DNA of 62,835 nucleotides, the filler included, from Rhabdomonas costata (taxonomy: Eukaryota): assembly GCA_019059605.1 (NCBI GenBank). It is 33 parts of 33 records of this genome, joined end to end, with 100 filler letters (N's around TTAATTAATTAA, not from the genome) between each part and the next. Parts side by side here need not be neighbours in the genome. Positions count along the whole stretch, not along the records: positions 47,685 to 49,492 come from JAHMHO010008773.1; positions 49,593 to 51,399 come from JAHMHO010008774.1; positions 51,500 to 53,304 come from JAHMHO010008775.1; positions 53,405 to 55,209 come from JAHMHO010008776.1; positions 55,310 to 57,115 come from JAHMHO010008777.1; positions 57,216 to 59,022 come from JAHMHO010008778.1; positions 59,123 to 60,927 come from JAHMHO010008779.1; positions 61,028 to 62,835 come from JAHMHO010008780.1; 25 more parts are not named here. One strand, 5' to 3'. A model generated the notes under the pieces. That model was not told the DNA's origin, made no database searches, and was given only the letters and a program-made list of their open reading frames with translations. Shown in pieces: positions 49,101-62,640 of this stretch (its first letter is position 1; each line of letters starts with the position of its first letter). A program made the translations under genes and the position numbers.

Positions 49101-49592
49101 TGTCTGTGTGCGGGAAGCTGTTTTGTGTTTCCACGATTCGTTTTCTTATGAAGAAGTGAAGAAGTTTGCTTTGAGACGATTCTTCTGAAAAGTTGACAAG
49201 AAGAAAAGATGCCCCGCTGGTTAGAACAGCTTTTTGTGCATTGCTGTGGTGTCCATTGCTCTGACGAGACAAGGAGGGAATTAGGTTGCCTGTCAGACAC
49301 AGAGAAAACAGTGAGAAAGTTATGGTATATTTATCTGGCATAGTTTTAGACGGGCCCAAAGGTACAGAAGTGAGCACAGCCAAAGTCAAGTCTTTAAGAA
49401 GTCCCTCAGAGTTGCCTCGTCCTGACACAGTTTCTCCAAATCAAACAAAGTAAACATGGCTAAAAGTGAAAGAAAACAATGCCCCCACACCCNNNNNNNN
49501 NNNNNNNNNNNNNNNNNNNNNNNNNNNNNNNNNNNNTTAATTAATTAANNNNNNNNNNNNNNNNNNNNNNNNNNNNNNNNNNNNNNNNNNNN

Positions 49593-51399
49593 GGTGTTGT
49601 GGAGTGAGTAAGCGTATTAACCTAACGACCAGCAAAGACAAATTGGCCCCACGAACATGAGCGTAGCGTATGTGAGTGGGGTATCATCACCATCACTTCA
49701 CATGCACTTACCTGGTAGTCATGCTCAATCCATCGCATGCCTCCAACTCTCTCAAACCACTCTGTCACGAAGGATGGGTCTGCGTAGCAGGAGCCATCCG
49801 TAGTAGTCATGCATGTACGCTTATCCTGCGGAGCCTGTTCACTCTTTGCATTTTTCACTTGGAGGGCATCTGAGTGGTGGTCATGCGTACGTTGATGAGT
49901 GTAGGGTCGTCGTAACTCCCTCGGTTATGCATGCACCCCCTCTCACTCTTCATGCTAGGGTTGGTGGTGGCATCTAAGGCATACGGTGTGCCTGTAATCC
50001 CGACATCCCGACATCCATACACGCATCAACGCATCATGATGGGATGATGAAGACTGAAGCAGAGGTGTGACATCGGCCCTTGAGCAGCCCTCTGTCTCAC
50101 TCCCTAACTCCATCACCATCATCACCAGCATCACGGTTGCAGTAGAGGGAGTGGAGGAGTGGAGGAGGTGACAGTGTTGCTATGCACAGAGTCACTCGTA
50201 CCACCACCAACATCACCACTACCATGGGGTGCCAACATCGCACGGTGGATTGGATTGGTGTGTGTACGTTGAGTCAAGGAGGCATAACAGCAACCATGAC
50301 TGGTCCGTACCACACTCATCCGTACCAACATCGATGGCATGATTCTGGTGGAAGGGTGTGAGTGACATTTCATCACCGGAAGCTCATCACCTCAATCACT
50401 TCCATTCGTGTGGGTGGAGTGGGTTTATTGTCCCCTACGGTGAGTTTTGCAGGCTCACTGCATGTCGATCTTGTGTCACCTACCAAGCACTACTACCAAA
50501 CGCATAAGGTGATGCTTCATGTCCATCACTGTGGGCTATGTTGACGACCAAACGCAGGGTCAGGATGTCAGTCCAAGCTCACCTTCAGCCAATACTAGCG
50601 TATGAAGATAGGTGTTGAGTTACGCTCTACGTTGCATAGCCTCACCGTGATACCTGTATCCTCACGTGGTTCCTGTTGACTCGATCAGTCAAACGATGTC
50701 AGCCCAGGCGCTGAACTTCATGGTGACCAATCCTTACAACTCAGGACACTGGGAACGATCGTCGATATGTTGTGGAGCACGCAAGTAGCGAATGGAGCAA
50801 TGTTGGCCTTCCAACAATGGATATCCCTAGGGACAGGCGCGAACCAGAACCCAGAGACATAAATCTAGACAGAAACGAAGGCAGAGACCCTGACACAGAA
50901 CTCCTGACACGAAACGCACCCTCCATCCTGACACCGTGATCCTCGCGCAAACCCTTCACCATACACACTTTACATTCCACCATCCTCACACAACAAGCAC
51001 GCAACCAACCCTCCAGCTCTCCTGCTCACACCATCCTGCTCACACCGTCACGTCACCTTCACCTACCCACCATCCAACGTCACACTCACCCTCACACCCT
51101 CCGTCTCACCTTCGCATCTTCCATCCTCCACACGAAATGAGTGCAAACACGAAACCGTCCACCATCTCCACGCAAATACGTCACACCCTCCCTAACACCC
51201 ACACCATCGACCCTCCACACACTCCAACCACCGAAGCAAGACAGACCCTCAGACCCAACGCACAGACCATAAACCTCCGACACCGTGACCCTCAACGTGA
51301 CCTCGACCCCAACATCGCAACGTGACACCAACGTGACACCATCCATCATCCACGCACCATCCATAATCCACACCCTCTGACACACCTCTCCAACCCCAC
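49593..51399 (+). pseudogene. Low-complexity, decayed Thr/Ser/Pro-rich coding-like region
   Basis: A/C-rich 3' half with fragments such as NVTLTLTPSVSPS and TVTLNVTSTPTS in shifting frames. No intact long ORF or clear splice sites. Confidence 0.3.
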
Positions 51400-53932
51400 N
51401 NNNNNNNNNNNNNNNNNNNNNNNNNNNNNNNNNNNNNNNNNNNTTAATTAATTAANNNNNNNNNNNNNNNNNNNNNNNNNNNNNNNNNNNNNNNNNNNNG
51501 GCTGAGGTAGTGGTGGGAGTGGTTGGGAACCCGCTGCTCCCGCTGACCGACAACGGAGAGGCTCGGGAGATGGGCTGTGAGGCGAGTCGCGTGCATGATG
51601 CGGGGTGGCTGATGGTCGTCAACGGGCCATGAGTCACCTTCACTTTCTCACTTGGGTACGGTGGTGAGTCGCACCCCGTCACAGCGCCGCTGTATGTGAA
51701 CGGTGGATGGAAGCACCGGGGTGAAAACGATTTGAGAAAATGTGGTGATGGTGGTGGGGGTAGTGGCGGCTTGAATAAATACCCGCGACATGCGTCCTCA
51801 ATTCCTTCCGGGATTGACAATGAATGTGACAGCGAGTGATCCTCTGGAACCACGCAGACGCGTACCTTTGCCGGGGAGCTGGGCACGCCAACCACCACCT
51901 CAATAGCGCGTCTCCGCATTGGACCTGTGGGCCAGAATGCCACATGTGGTCAAGCGCAGAACCGCAGAGCAGTCCCCAGCGGCGGTGAACAAAAAGCTGC
52001 ACAAAAGACCGTGTGGCTCGAGATTTCGTCTTCCTTCCTCACTGAAAACAAAAGTCAGTGGGCATTCGTCCTGCTCCACCCACCATTACGAATGCGCGTA
52101 CACAGCGAAGATAAAAGAAACTGAGGGGTGCGGGTAACATGACAACAACAGGCGAGCACAAGTCATTTGGCGGGAGGGATAACAACTAAGACGCGCGTCA
52201 AGGACGAGTCTTCTCACCTGAACGAGTTTTCATCTCCTTACCGACAACGTCTACCAGCGCCATAATTCAACTAGCGTTTCTTTTTTGGAACCTTTTGGGG
52301 GAGGGATCGCGCCTCCCCTTATGCCTGCCTTCAGAATCTTGAGAGGTTGGTTGTACGCAAAATTCGTCATTGATTTCGACAAAGGCTCTCAAGCGTGATG
52401 GCGACTCGATGACAGTTGCCATGAGACAAGCTTTCAGTTCATTCGCAAAACCCTTCACAACAGCACAAGCTAGAAAGGCGCACAGACCAAGCGCAATTAC
52501 GCGGCAACACCAACAAACCAGTGCAGATCGGATCCTTCATGAAAAAGTATTTGACATTGTACAACAACTACACTACACTACTAGCCAAGGCGGGCGGGTT
52601 GCCCGAGCAGAACAAGGCACAACTGTACAGTCATCATATGCACATCACACCGACGGACACTGATTCTCATGCCAGAGGCAGCCCCCGTGCACAACAAGCG
52701 GGGGGGACACCCCTTACAGACACACAATACGGAGTAACACCTCCTCGAAATTGACTGACCGTTCCAGAGTATCGGCACAATTCCCTGTGCAATACAGGAA
52801 ATGGAGGAAGAGCCAACATGTCAGAACGAATGGGGCATAATTGTCAGATCGGTCAGCCAGAAAAGCTGATGGTTCTTGCATAGCTTTCTCTCTCTCTCAG
52901 CGTGCGAGCACACCTCTTCTTTTTGCACACCGATTTACTTTTGGTTTCCGTTTCCACCATTTTCGCACCGCAGTGGAAAATAACAAGTTTTTCGAAGAAA
53001 CTGACTGTTTGATGAGAAAGCAGTACCTTTGTGCGGGTTTGTGGTTTCTATAGCAGAAAGCAGTATCAGGTTGCCATCCTTCCGCTCCATCCCAGAAAGA
53101 CGCTCTCTCTTGTTCGCTTTCGGGCTGACCTGTCGCAGTGCCTCGCTCTCAGTATTGCCTGCAGGACCGTAACTTCTTCACCACCCAATATATGCAAACA
53201 ATTAAAGCGAACAAAAAGCTCACACCATCTCACTTCTCGCCCCTGGCACGCTGCGCGGCTGAGCCCGCGGCGCCGGAGCCGGCAGCGGCGGTAACACAAC
53301 ACCCNNNNNNNNNNNNNNNNNNNNNNNNNNNNNNNNNNNNNNNNNNNNTTAATTAATTAANNNNNNNNNNNNNNNNNNNNNNNNNNNNNNNNNNNNNNNN
53401 NNNNTTGTTGGGGTCACAGAAAACTGATTGCAAAGCGCTAAAATTGCTGAGCAAAATAAATATTAAATAAACATGCCTGCACCGTCGACACTGACGCCTG
53501 ACTGCACTTCAGTGCACAGGGGTTAGGAAACTGCGCCAGAGCTCTTAGGATGAGTGTTTTCAGGACTAACTTGTTGCTGGGATATGGCACGAGTGGGAAA
53601 TTATTTCAGGGCGAAGGGCCCATGTCCCAGCCATTGGTCCTTAGTTTGCGGCTGCTCAGAAAAAATCAACTGGGGAGTACTGGCAAAGTTTACCTAACCC
53701 TTCCACAAATAAAGTCATTTCGAGAGTGCTGGCATGTTTTTCCTGACTGTTTTTAGGTTAATTTAGCGATACAACCTCCTCCCCCCCCCCAGAAAAAAAA
53801 CTTCCGGGACTGGGGGGGGGGGGGTAGGATGACCACGCGCAAGTGCATCGTCTGGTGACCGGCTCCCTCTGTCTTTTGGCATGGCACTTGGCAGTAGGAT
53901 GCACAATAGAAAAGTAGGGAGGCCCGAGAGAC

Positions 53933-54904
53933 CCATTCGGAAGTTATCCCAGCGCAGGTACTGCCGCTCCCAAGAGTCCAGGAGGCGGCCCTGGGGCACC
54001 CCAAGGGAGGAGCCGTACAGCGTCTCGCTGAAGTACGCCGGCAGAAATATCTCCTCCGTCCACTGCACAATACATCCCCCACATAAAAGGTTTCCTCAGC
54101 AGGACGAACGCACACTCGTGGAGGTCTTCTCACCTCCAGTTAGGTTCCCAGCTTTTTTCCCCTATTGTGGGGTGCGGACCATCACCAAAGTGCATTGGTA
54201 CCCTTGCTCCGCATGATGGTGCAAAGCTGCGTCACGATTCTCTCAGCTGCACGGAGATGTTTCGTACCATTTCGCACAAGGTCAGTAAGAAACAGCGGGA
54301 AGGCAAGGTACCTGGTAGAACTCGGCAGGGGTAGAGAGTTCCAGGAAGCTTCTTCCAAAGCCTTGAGAAATCTTCGGGGTGATCAGGGTGTCAGAGACCA
54401 CGGAGTTCATGTAGTAACTCCAGGGCGACTGGAAGAAGTATGTCACTAAGAGATGACAGAGAGAAACGGTCAGTGGTCAATGCTGGGGGTGCATTCTTGA
54501 CAAGCACCATGAGAGCTGCACTCACTCACTCACTCACTCATTCACAAACACTCATTCATTTACAGCAGTGGTTACCAGGCCACAGCAAATTGCATGGACA
54601 ACGCAGTTGCTAAGTTAAGTGAAGAAACTACCAGCCAAAAGTCAAAATGAGAAACCCCTGGGGAATAAAACAAAACGGATTGCAGAGTTTTGTGGGTACA
54701 GTTACACATGGAGTAAGGCATTCTCTCTCTCTCACGACAGCGCCTAATAAGAGTTATGGAACGGGAACACAAGCATAGGCATACCAACGCAGAACAGGGC
54801 CACGAAGAGGGTGTAAGTGGTGGTCTCCGCGATGAAGCGCTGGGCATTGCGGATCTTCCGGGCCTGCATCTGCTGCAGCATGCTCTGCCGCTCCTTCTCT
54901 CGCT
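53933..54904 (-). CDS. Polycystin-2 (PKD2/TRPP)-like cation channel, TM1 and start of TOP domain (exons 54904-54785, 54445-54312, 54062-53933)
   Basis: Phase-consistent splicing gives FIAETTTYTLFVALFCVVTYFFQSPWSYYMNSVVSDTL...SFLELSTPAEFYQWTEEIFLPAYFSETLYG...DNFRMG, which is the polycystin-domain pattern. Confidence 0.72.
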
Positions 54905-55696
54905 CTGCACGCGAGCGCACGCCGCAGGGCGACAGAAGCAGTATTCACATGAGGAGACATAACCGATCACCTCCTCGGGGACTACTGACATCCGACACCA
55001 CGGCAGCCGTGACTGCTGGGAACGTCGACTCACATCAAAACTAACATCACCATGGGTACGTTTATTCGGATAACCAGAAACCAGAACAAAAAGGCTGTAA
55101 ATCCTAAAACAACAGGAAAACAAACAGCCCAAAGGATTCACAAACTAGGCAAACTACCTAAGCTTCGAAATTTTTTCTTCTTCTTCAAACTCAGTGTTTC
55201 AAAAACAAANNNNNNNNNNNNNNNNNNNNNNNNNNNNNNNNNNNNNNNNNNNNTTAATTAATTAANNNNNNNNNNNNNNNNNNNNNNNNNNNNNNNNNNN
55301 NNNNNNNNNTTTTGGCTGACGAGGCTTTTTTGAAATGCTGTTCCTCCCTTCTCGACAGGCAGAAGCAGTCGGCAGTGTCTCAATTCCTTTGGTCCATCAT
55401 CTCGTCATCAGCTGAAGATTCATATTCAGCTCCAGAGCGTCTGCAAGCTCGCCCCGGCAAGGTTGAGCGAAAAGAATTGCCCTGAGCGTCTAGTGCTGCC
55501 TTCGTCAACCGTCAAATGACCACTTGGCTTTGCCATAACAAGAAACAAAGCGTATAAGCAAAAAAAAGTGGCCTACGAGGTGGGCACCCGGTCCGCAAGT
55601 GGGGGAAAATTATTACACTCAATACTGGGATAGCAATCAACCGGCATCGCCGACAACACGAAAACAAAATGATCTGCAAGAAAAACACATACCATT

Positions 55697-56435
55697 TTCT
55701 TACCGAGTCTCCGAGAATGGTGAAGTTGTACGACTTCGTGATGTTATTGAAGCAATAATAGACCAACTCCAAGTACAAGACATAGCTCAACCCCAAGCCG
55801 GCAGGAAGAGAGCGACACTCTTTGGGGAGGAGAAACAGGTCAAGCGGTGAAGAGAAAGGGCATCTACATCCGCCATAATCTCGAATCGACATCGAACGGA
55901 GTACATCACAGTACGAATATATGCGAATTCCCCTCTTCGAGGAGAGAGAGGATGAGACTTTGGTAATTTCATTCGGTTTGCAGAAAATAGACCGCACTAA
56001 AGCGGTGAAAACGGTGTCAAAGCGCAGCGCCCGAAAATCGCATGGTTGCCCCGCTAAAGCGGGGTGCCACAACAATTCACGACGAATGACAGACAACAGA
56101 CAACACGAACATCGCACGCTCCCAATCGGGAGATCCAGTGGCACGGGTGAGGGAGTGCGGCCAGAAAGGCTTCGCATACAGAAGAGCGCAAACGGCGGAC
56201 TCGTTTCTACCGAACAATTTCGCAGCAGCACAGCATCATGTACCGTTTGCGTTGAAAAGGAATGGAAAGCGCTGCTCACTTCCCCACGAGCAACAACCTT
56301 CACAGGAGCCACTCTGTGCCCATACGTTTTCGCTGTTGCAGACCACTTTGCCACCGCCGTCATAGCCAGTGAGACAGCGAAACAGGCAGGAGCAAGAAAG
56401 ACCATAGCATTGGCATACTGGGTAGAAGAGGGCAT
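55697..56435 (-). CDS. Small exons of an unknown membrane protein
   Basis: MPSSTQYANAMVFLAPACFAVSLAMTAV... and GLGLSYVLYLELVYYCFNNITKSYNF segments near splice-like sites. The exon structure is not resolved. Confidence 0.35.
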
Positions 56436-57468
56436 TGGCAGGAACTCGCGGTGGTCCACAGGTCACTGAAATGACATAAAACGGAAAGAAATTTAAAGGA
56501 AGCAGAACGCAGAGGAAGGGCAGGGGGCGTGCGAAACGGTTAGAGTTACCAGCATCCGCCCCTGCAGTCATGAACACCGACTGCAGATTTCCTTGCAGAT
56601 CTTTTGAAAGTTTGACAGGGTTACAACATGACCGGGGAGCTAAAAGCCACGCAATCAACTCAAATAAGGGTTGTACAGTAGGGCAATTATTATCCTCGTG
56701 GATTATGCCGGCATCGGCTCGTCCAGAGTCGGTAAACACCAGCGCCCCTCCGCCTTCACACTACAAGCCAAAGGTACCCTCGCCGGCCCACCCGATACAT
56801 TCAAGGCTGTTACATAATGGGAAACGCCCAACTATAAAAGTCAACGTGGACAAAATCGGGGAAACGGGGACCCGTGGAAGAAATCGACTATTGACCCCCC
56901 GAAAAGGGCATACACCTCTTCGACACCAAACAAAGCACTATTTGGCTCCACCATTATGAGAAGTAACGTAACAAGGGGACGCCAATTTGACCTCACTTTC
57001 AGCCAGCATTCGGCCATAGGGGTCTTTGCCACCTTCTGTAAAAACGCATCCATCCACGCATCCGAGTCCATCGGAGTCAATTATCGAAAAAACTCACCCT
57101 ACCAATAAAAATAACNNNNNNNNNNNNNNNNNNNNNNNNNNNNNNNNNNNNNNNNNNNNTTAATTAATTAANNNNNNNNNNNNNNNNNNNNNNNNNNNNN
57201 NNNNNNNNNNNNNNNACTTCGGATCCTGTTTTCGAGAGGAAATGAACTGAACACCAGCAGTTTATTGGCTGATTGTTTCACTTCACCACAACTAATTGCC
57301 CTCTCAAGAAAACCAAAAAGTGAACCGAATGCGCGGAAAAGGGAGTGATGTACTTGATGGGAGATTTCAGATGACGTGGTGGTGTAAGGCGGCGGCAAGG
57401 GGAGCGGTGCGCAGACGGTCCATTCTTGCCAAGTTATCTTTGCATTGTGTTTTTAATTGGCACCGAAG

Positions 57469-58998
57469 GTTCCGGCGGAGGCCGGGCAGCCCGGGGAGGT
57501 GGTGACCCACCGCATCGCGGGGCTGCGCCCGGAGAACCGCTACCTAGTCTGGGTGCGGCGGCAGCTATCGTGCGGGGCGTGGGGGGCGTGGAGCCAGCCG
57601 TACACCGTCTCCACGTGGCAGTCCATCCAGGTCTCCCCGAAGTGCGTCGCGGAGGACTTCATGGTGTGAATCCATCTTCATGTTTTTGTGCTTTTTTGGT
57701 TGCTTATTCGAATACGCATCTGAAATTGGGTGTGCGTGGTTGCCACTATGCCAGTGTTCAGTTTGCCAGAGATGCGCTCCTGTTTGTTGGGGGAAAGGTC
57801 TGGTGAGAGTATTTGAACCACTTATCAGAGGGAAGGAATTCGGAGAGGGGGAATGGGTTTGAGTGTTTCATACTGTGAATGACGCTGTGGTATCTAGATC
57901 TTGGTTGCTTCTTCAGATGGCATTTGAAATGGTTTGAAGCGCGGGGGGGGGGGACAGCTATATCGCGGTTTTTGCATCTCTGAGTGTGTGTCTGATCTAG
58001 CGATTTAATCCTGTGGGTATCTTGCTCATCTGTGTACGTGCGTTCATTCTTCTCATTCTTCCCGCGTCGCTTTTCTTTTCTTTTTTCTTTTTTTCTGTCG
58101 CTTTCTATCCCATCCGACCCTTCCCTTCCCAACATACCCCTTCAAGTCCGACGCCAGTCCACCCATCCCCTATTTTTCCATCTGGTCTCACTGACGCCCA
58201 TCGCGAAACAAAAGGTTCTCTCGTGGAGCCGCCCCGCCTTCGTGGACGCTCCGGTAGGCGGGGGCCCCCAGGGCGCCCGCCCTGCCTCAGCTAACACCAC
58301 CACCGCCACCATGGCAGGTTCCTCAGGTCGTGGTGGGGGGTCCCCAGGTCGAGCCCGCTACACCGTGAAGCTATGGGAGGTGTTCCTCCATCTCCCCCAC
58401 CTCCCATCCTCACTTTGACCTAACCTTCGCACGGAATCTGCGGACTGTGCTGATGTACTGATGAATTACCGTGTCACTTGGTCGGTTTGCATCGGGCGGA
58501 TCTATCTTGCAACATTATTGGGACGCTCGCTTTGATTTGTTCCAGCATTCCCTTGGTTTCCCTATGCCGGCACTGCTAGCCACAGTTACCAGTTATGTGC
58601 GTCATCATATGAACAGGTTTTTCCGTTGGGTTGGGTCGGGTTGGGTACCGAGGTCACCATTGAAGCCGAATTTCTTTTGTCGCACCATTTCTGCCCTTCC
58701 GAAGCCCGAGATTGTTTCACTGGGTTTCCTTTGGTATTCCGACCACCACTCTCCCGCACCCTTACCACACCCACCTACGCACACCGACCAAACCCCCCAG
58801 GTGCCTGTCTCCACTCGGTTGGTGAAGTTCTCGGAGAAGCTCTACCGCAACCCCGGGGAACCCGACGGGGAGCTTGGCCGCCTGCGCGCCGTGGCAGCGT
58901 CCCGGGTGCGCCCCCCGCGGGAGTTCACCGTGGTCCAGCCCCTGCTGGAGATCCCCGAGCTGCTCCCGGACACCCTCTACGCCGTCTCCGTGAGAGAG
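57469..58998 (+). CDS. Fibronectin type III repeat protein, internal exons (57469-57663, 58215-58379, 58801-58998)
   Basis: IAGLRPENRYLVWVR...WGAWS, VLSWSRP...YTVK and IPELLPDTLYAVSVRE. All phase-0 GT-AG. Confidence 0.85.
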
Positions 58999-59607
58999 GT
59001 GTGGGGGATGTACACCACACAANNNNNNNNNNNNNNNNNNNNNNNNNNNNNNNNNNNNNNNNNNNNTTAATTAATTAANNNNNNNNNNNNNNNNNNNNNN
59101 NNNNNNNNNNNNNNNNNNNNNNGGGTTTGGGGGGGTGCCGTGGCGTCGGTCTTTGCATTCTGTCTCGGTTTCGCGGAAGTCCCTCGGGATCTCCAAGTTG
59201 GTTCGCGTTGTGAAGAAATTTCCATCGACATCTGCATAGCTGGCCCCTAGCGAAAGACCTGAAGTGATCAAGTTAACCTTCATACCTACTTAGTAGAAAC
59301 ACGACCCTCGTATGCGAATGGAACTGGCAGGCTGGAATCCAGACGCCCGAGTAGTAAGCAAGCAGAAGGGTAAACCGCAGTGATGCTGGAACCATATGCA
59401 TTTAAGTGGGACGAGCCCATGGTAGCAGTATGGCGTGCAGTGCCCATTGAGGAGCCATGACCGGTAAACCCCTCCGGAGGAAGCTAGCCTCAAAGTTTTT
59501 TGAGCTATTTTTGAAAAAAGTGTTTGCCAGTTTTCGTGTTTGAAAAGGCGAGTTTTTCCTTCAATGTTCACTTACTTGGTTTCTATTAATCGTTGTTCAC
59601 TTTGCAG

Positions 59608-60429
59608 ACTGAGGAGAAGCTTAAGCTTTGCGGGAAAAGAAAGGAGCGAGAGGAAAATGGAACGTTAGAGGAAGGCTCCAAAATTTGGGTCCTGGAAGAC
59701 ATGAACGAGTACGACGGAAGTTTTGCTCATGTATGTTCCTTTTTTGGTTGTTTTCATACACCTTTGATTGTGTGTCATCATCATCACATCATCACCGGTC
59801 GTTTAAGCTTCTGTCTCATTCTACTTCTTTTCAGGGATTATTCAATCACGAGCTGAGAAAAAAGACTGTTCGCTCTGATGGTTCTGTTGTATGGGAAGCT
59901 CATACGCTGGGTTTCTATGAAGATGAGGCCGGCACTTTGCCGCTGATTAAGCGGGACATTCCTGAAGATCGGCTGTTTCGGTGTGCTGCTGTAATTCCCG
60001 TTGGAGAGGAAGTGAGCGCAATTGTGCGCTCTCCCACCACCGCGAGACATTTTCTAGCTCCTACTCCTGCTCATCCACCTCTTGTTAGAGAAGCAAGGAA
60101 TGAATTTTCGCTTGCATTTCTTATTTGGCTCAGAGAACTCTGCGGGCTTGGTTTGTTAGCAGGCCCCCTCTTTATAGAGGTGATATAAAATTTTCCCTGA
60201 ACAAATTTTTATGGCGATGTTACAAAAACATACATCACTACCGCTGTAAAAATTTGGAAATTTTTTATCACTAAAAAGGGGCCATTTAACAAACTTAACG
60301 AGCGCAGCTTTCACAGCGCGTTTTCAAAACCAACAGCTTGGTTCTTGTATTTTCCCTGTTTCCGTTTTCAGACTGACACGCCCGTTAGATTGGAGGCCAG
60401 ACTTGGGCGATGTCTGCCTTGGTTGGAAG
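59608..60429 (+). CDS. Unknown spliced protein, internal exons
   Basis: Phase-consistent exons: TEEKLKL...DGSFAH|GLFNHELRKK...EDRLFR|LTRPLDWRPDLGDVCLGWK. Confidence 0.5.
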
Positions 60430-61081
60430 GTTTTGAAATACTTTTCTCTCTCGATTGCCTATTGTTTGTGATGTGGCAGGGATTTCTCCTTGGGCGCATG
60501 AACGTTGATAAAGATGTTCAACGTGGTTCAGGCGTTTTTGAACGGCCGAAGTCTTTGGCAATTTAAAGTGACTTCTGTCGAGAATCGGGTGTAAAGTAGA
60601 ATTCATGCTTCTGACTTCGCCAACTTTCCACCAATTGCGTGGCCAAGGATCATTATTCATGACTCTTCTTTCACGTAGTTGTCCAGGGCCTTGGGAAGAG
60701 GAAGAAGGCATATCAGCCTCAGTTTGTCCCAATCTGCAGGGTCCCCTTCCCAGCCCTTGACCGCGAGCCACTGAACAGTGTACTGAGAAAAGAACGTAAA
60801 TAATGTTCCATAACAACGAACCACGAAAAAAAAAAGGCGGAGTTAGGAAGAGAAAAATGCGATATCCTTTTCAAACTAGATACGATTGTATCCTTTTCTC
60901 CGTCAAAGAGTCCGCTCCACCCCACACNNNNNNNNNNNNNNNNNNNNNNNNNNNNNNNNNNNNNNNNNNNNTTAATTAATTAANNNNNNNNNNNNNNNNN
61001 NNNNNNNNNNNNNNNNNNNNNNNNNNNGGGGTTGTGGCATGATATTACCTGGGTGCCTGTATTGTTGGGTGCTCTTTTCAG

Positions 61082-62640
61082 GTTGCGGACAAGTCCCAGA
61101 AAAACACCCAAGTGGCGCACCGGAGGCCGTACGGCGTGGGGCTCTTGATCGCTGGGTAAGTGCATGCATCTTTGGCATTTCCCTGCTGCATCGCCTTGAT
61201 TGTAGTTTTGATTCGTGGCCTAAGGGCCTGAGTTGAAGAATCATATGAAGACCTCAATGCCGATGCACCTGACACGGTGGAAGTCTTCTCAAAAGCGGGA
61301 CATAATAAAATACCTCCCCAGCATTTCTCCCTTCGTGCATATCAGCGGCACTTGCAATGGCACACCAATAAGCCGGAATCCCAGACCTTCACATGGGAGT
61401 GGGGTTCAGTTTAGAAGTGCGACGTTGACAGTGCTTCTGCCAGCATTCTAAAAGATTATTACTGTGAGAAGGAAGAAGGCAGCATTCCCATATGTGAGAA
61501 GCATTTAATATCAAGCTTGTGTATCTCTGCTTTCAAGGGGGTCAGCTGTGCTCTTGTTTACTCTCTTAAAGCTCTGCGAGCTGCAATCTCCGTTTTGGTT
61601 GCTAGCGTTTTCTTGAAGGTGTTCCTCGACTCAATCATGTATGTTGCGGTTTGTAACAGCTATGACAAAGGTGGGCCTGTGCTGTACCAAACCTGCCCTT
61701 CGGGGAACTTCTACAACTACAAGGCGGTCGCCATCGGCGCCCGCTCGCAGTCCGCAAAGACGTACCTCGAGAAGCACTTCGGGGACTTCGAGAGCTGTGC
61801 GTGGAAATGCGCGTTGGCCCCACTGCCTTTGCTTCTCCTATTTTCTGTTTTCAAGGCGAACAAATGGAAAATGGACCCCCCAGGGCCTGTGCCAGGCCTT
61901 TTCCAATTTTAACGCCCGGACTTCTGTTTTCCCTTATCCTCTGTTTTCCCGCAGGAACGGGTCCCCATCCAAAAACGTGATGTCGGATTGTCCGTGGTTC
62001 CAGGCGAATGTGTGTGTGGTTTCATTGAAAAAGTAGCTGCACTGTCAACAGCAGTCTTCTTTGTTAGCGAGTGACGTAGGAAGCAGGCTAATTCAATGTA
62101 GATGCATCCACAGTGTGGAGCAAACGGGGCAAGAAAGGGAATCAACACAATTGTGCTGCCTTGCCTCTTCCCCCTTATACAATTGTTTGGGGAAGAATGC
62201 ACCAGTCAGTACTTGCCTACCGTTTCCATATTCATAAAAAGGTCTTTTTTCCGATAGAAAAGCATCAAATGGTTTTACAGCTGCCCAAAAGCAGGGAAAT
62301 TCGCAAGCAATTCATAGAGTTCATTTTCGCCGTCCAGGGGCAAAATGCGATGATGGGGCTCCATACATACAGAAGAGCCATTCTCTGTTGGTGTGCGTGT
62401 GTGTGATCTAAATGCCTCGGGAATGAGTTCGGCAGCAATACCAGAAACTCGCGTACCTATGTGTGGGGCTCTTTTGATTTGTGACGCGGGCATCCCAAAG
62501 GCACCCTGCAGCAACTTGTGGTGCACTGCCTGCACGCCCTCGCCGCGAGCTGCGCGGAGGGGGTGGAGCTGAATCAGCAGAACACCACCGTGGCTGTGGT
62601 GAGCAAGGACAAGGGCTTCGTGCAGTATGATGGCGACGAG
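61082..62640 (+). CDS. PSMA1: 20S proteasome subunit alpha-6 (PSMA1/Pre5 type), partial (exons 61082-61155, 61660-61796, 62501-62640)
   Basis: KSQKNTQ..RRPYGVGLLIAG|YDKGGPVLYQTCPSGNFYNYKAVAIGARSQSAKTYLEKHF. Phases are consistent. Confidence 0.95.

Noticed and set aside
1810..61027. Regularly spaced TTAATTAATTAA as a CRISPR-like, telomeric or piggyBac repeat
   Set aside because: It is always centred in an identical N block. It is an artificial six-frame-stop linker.
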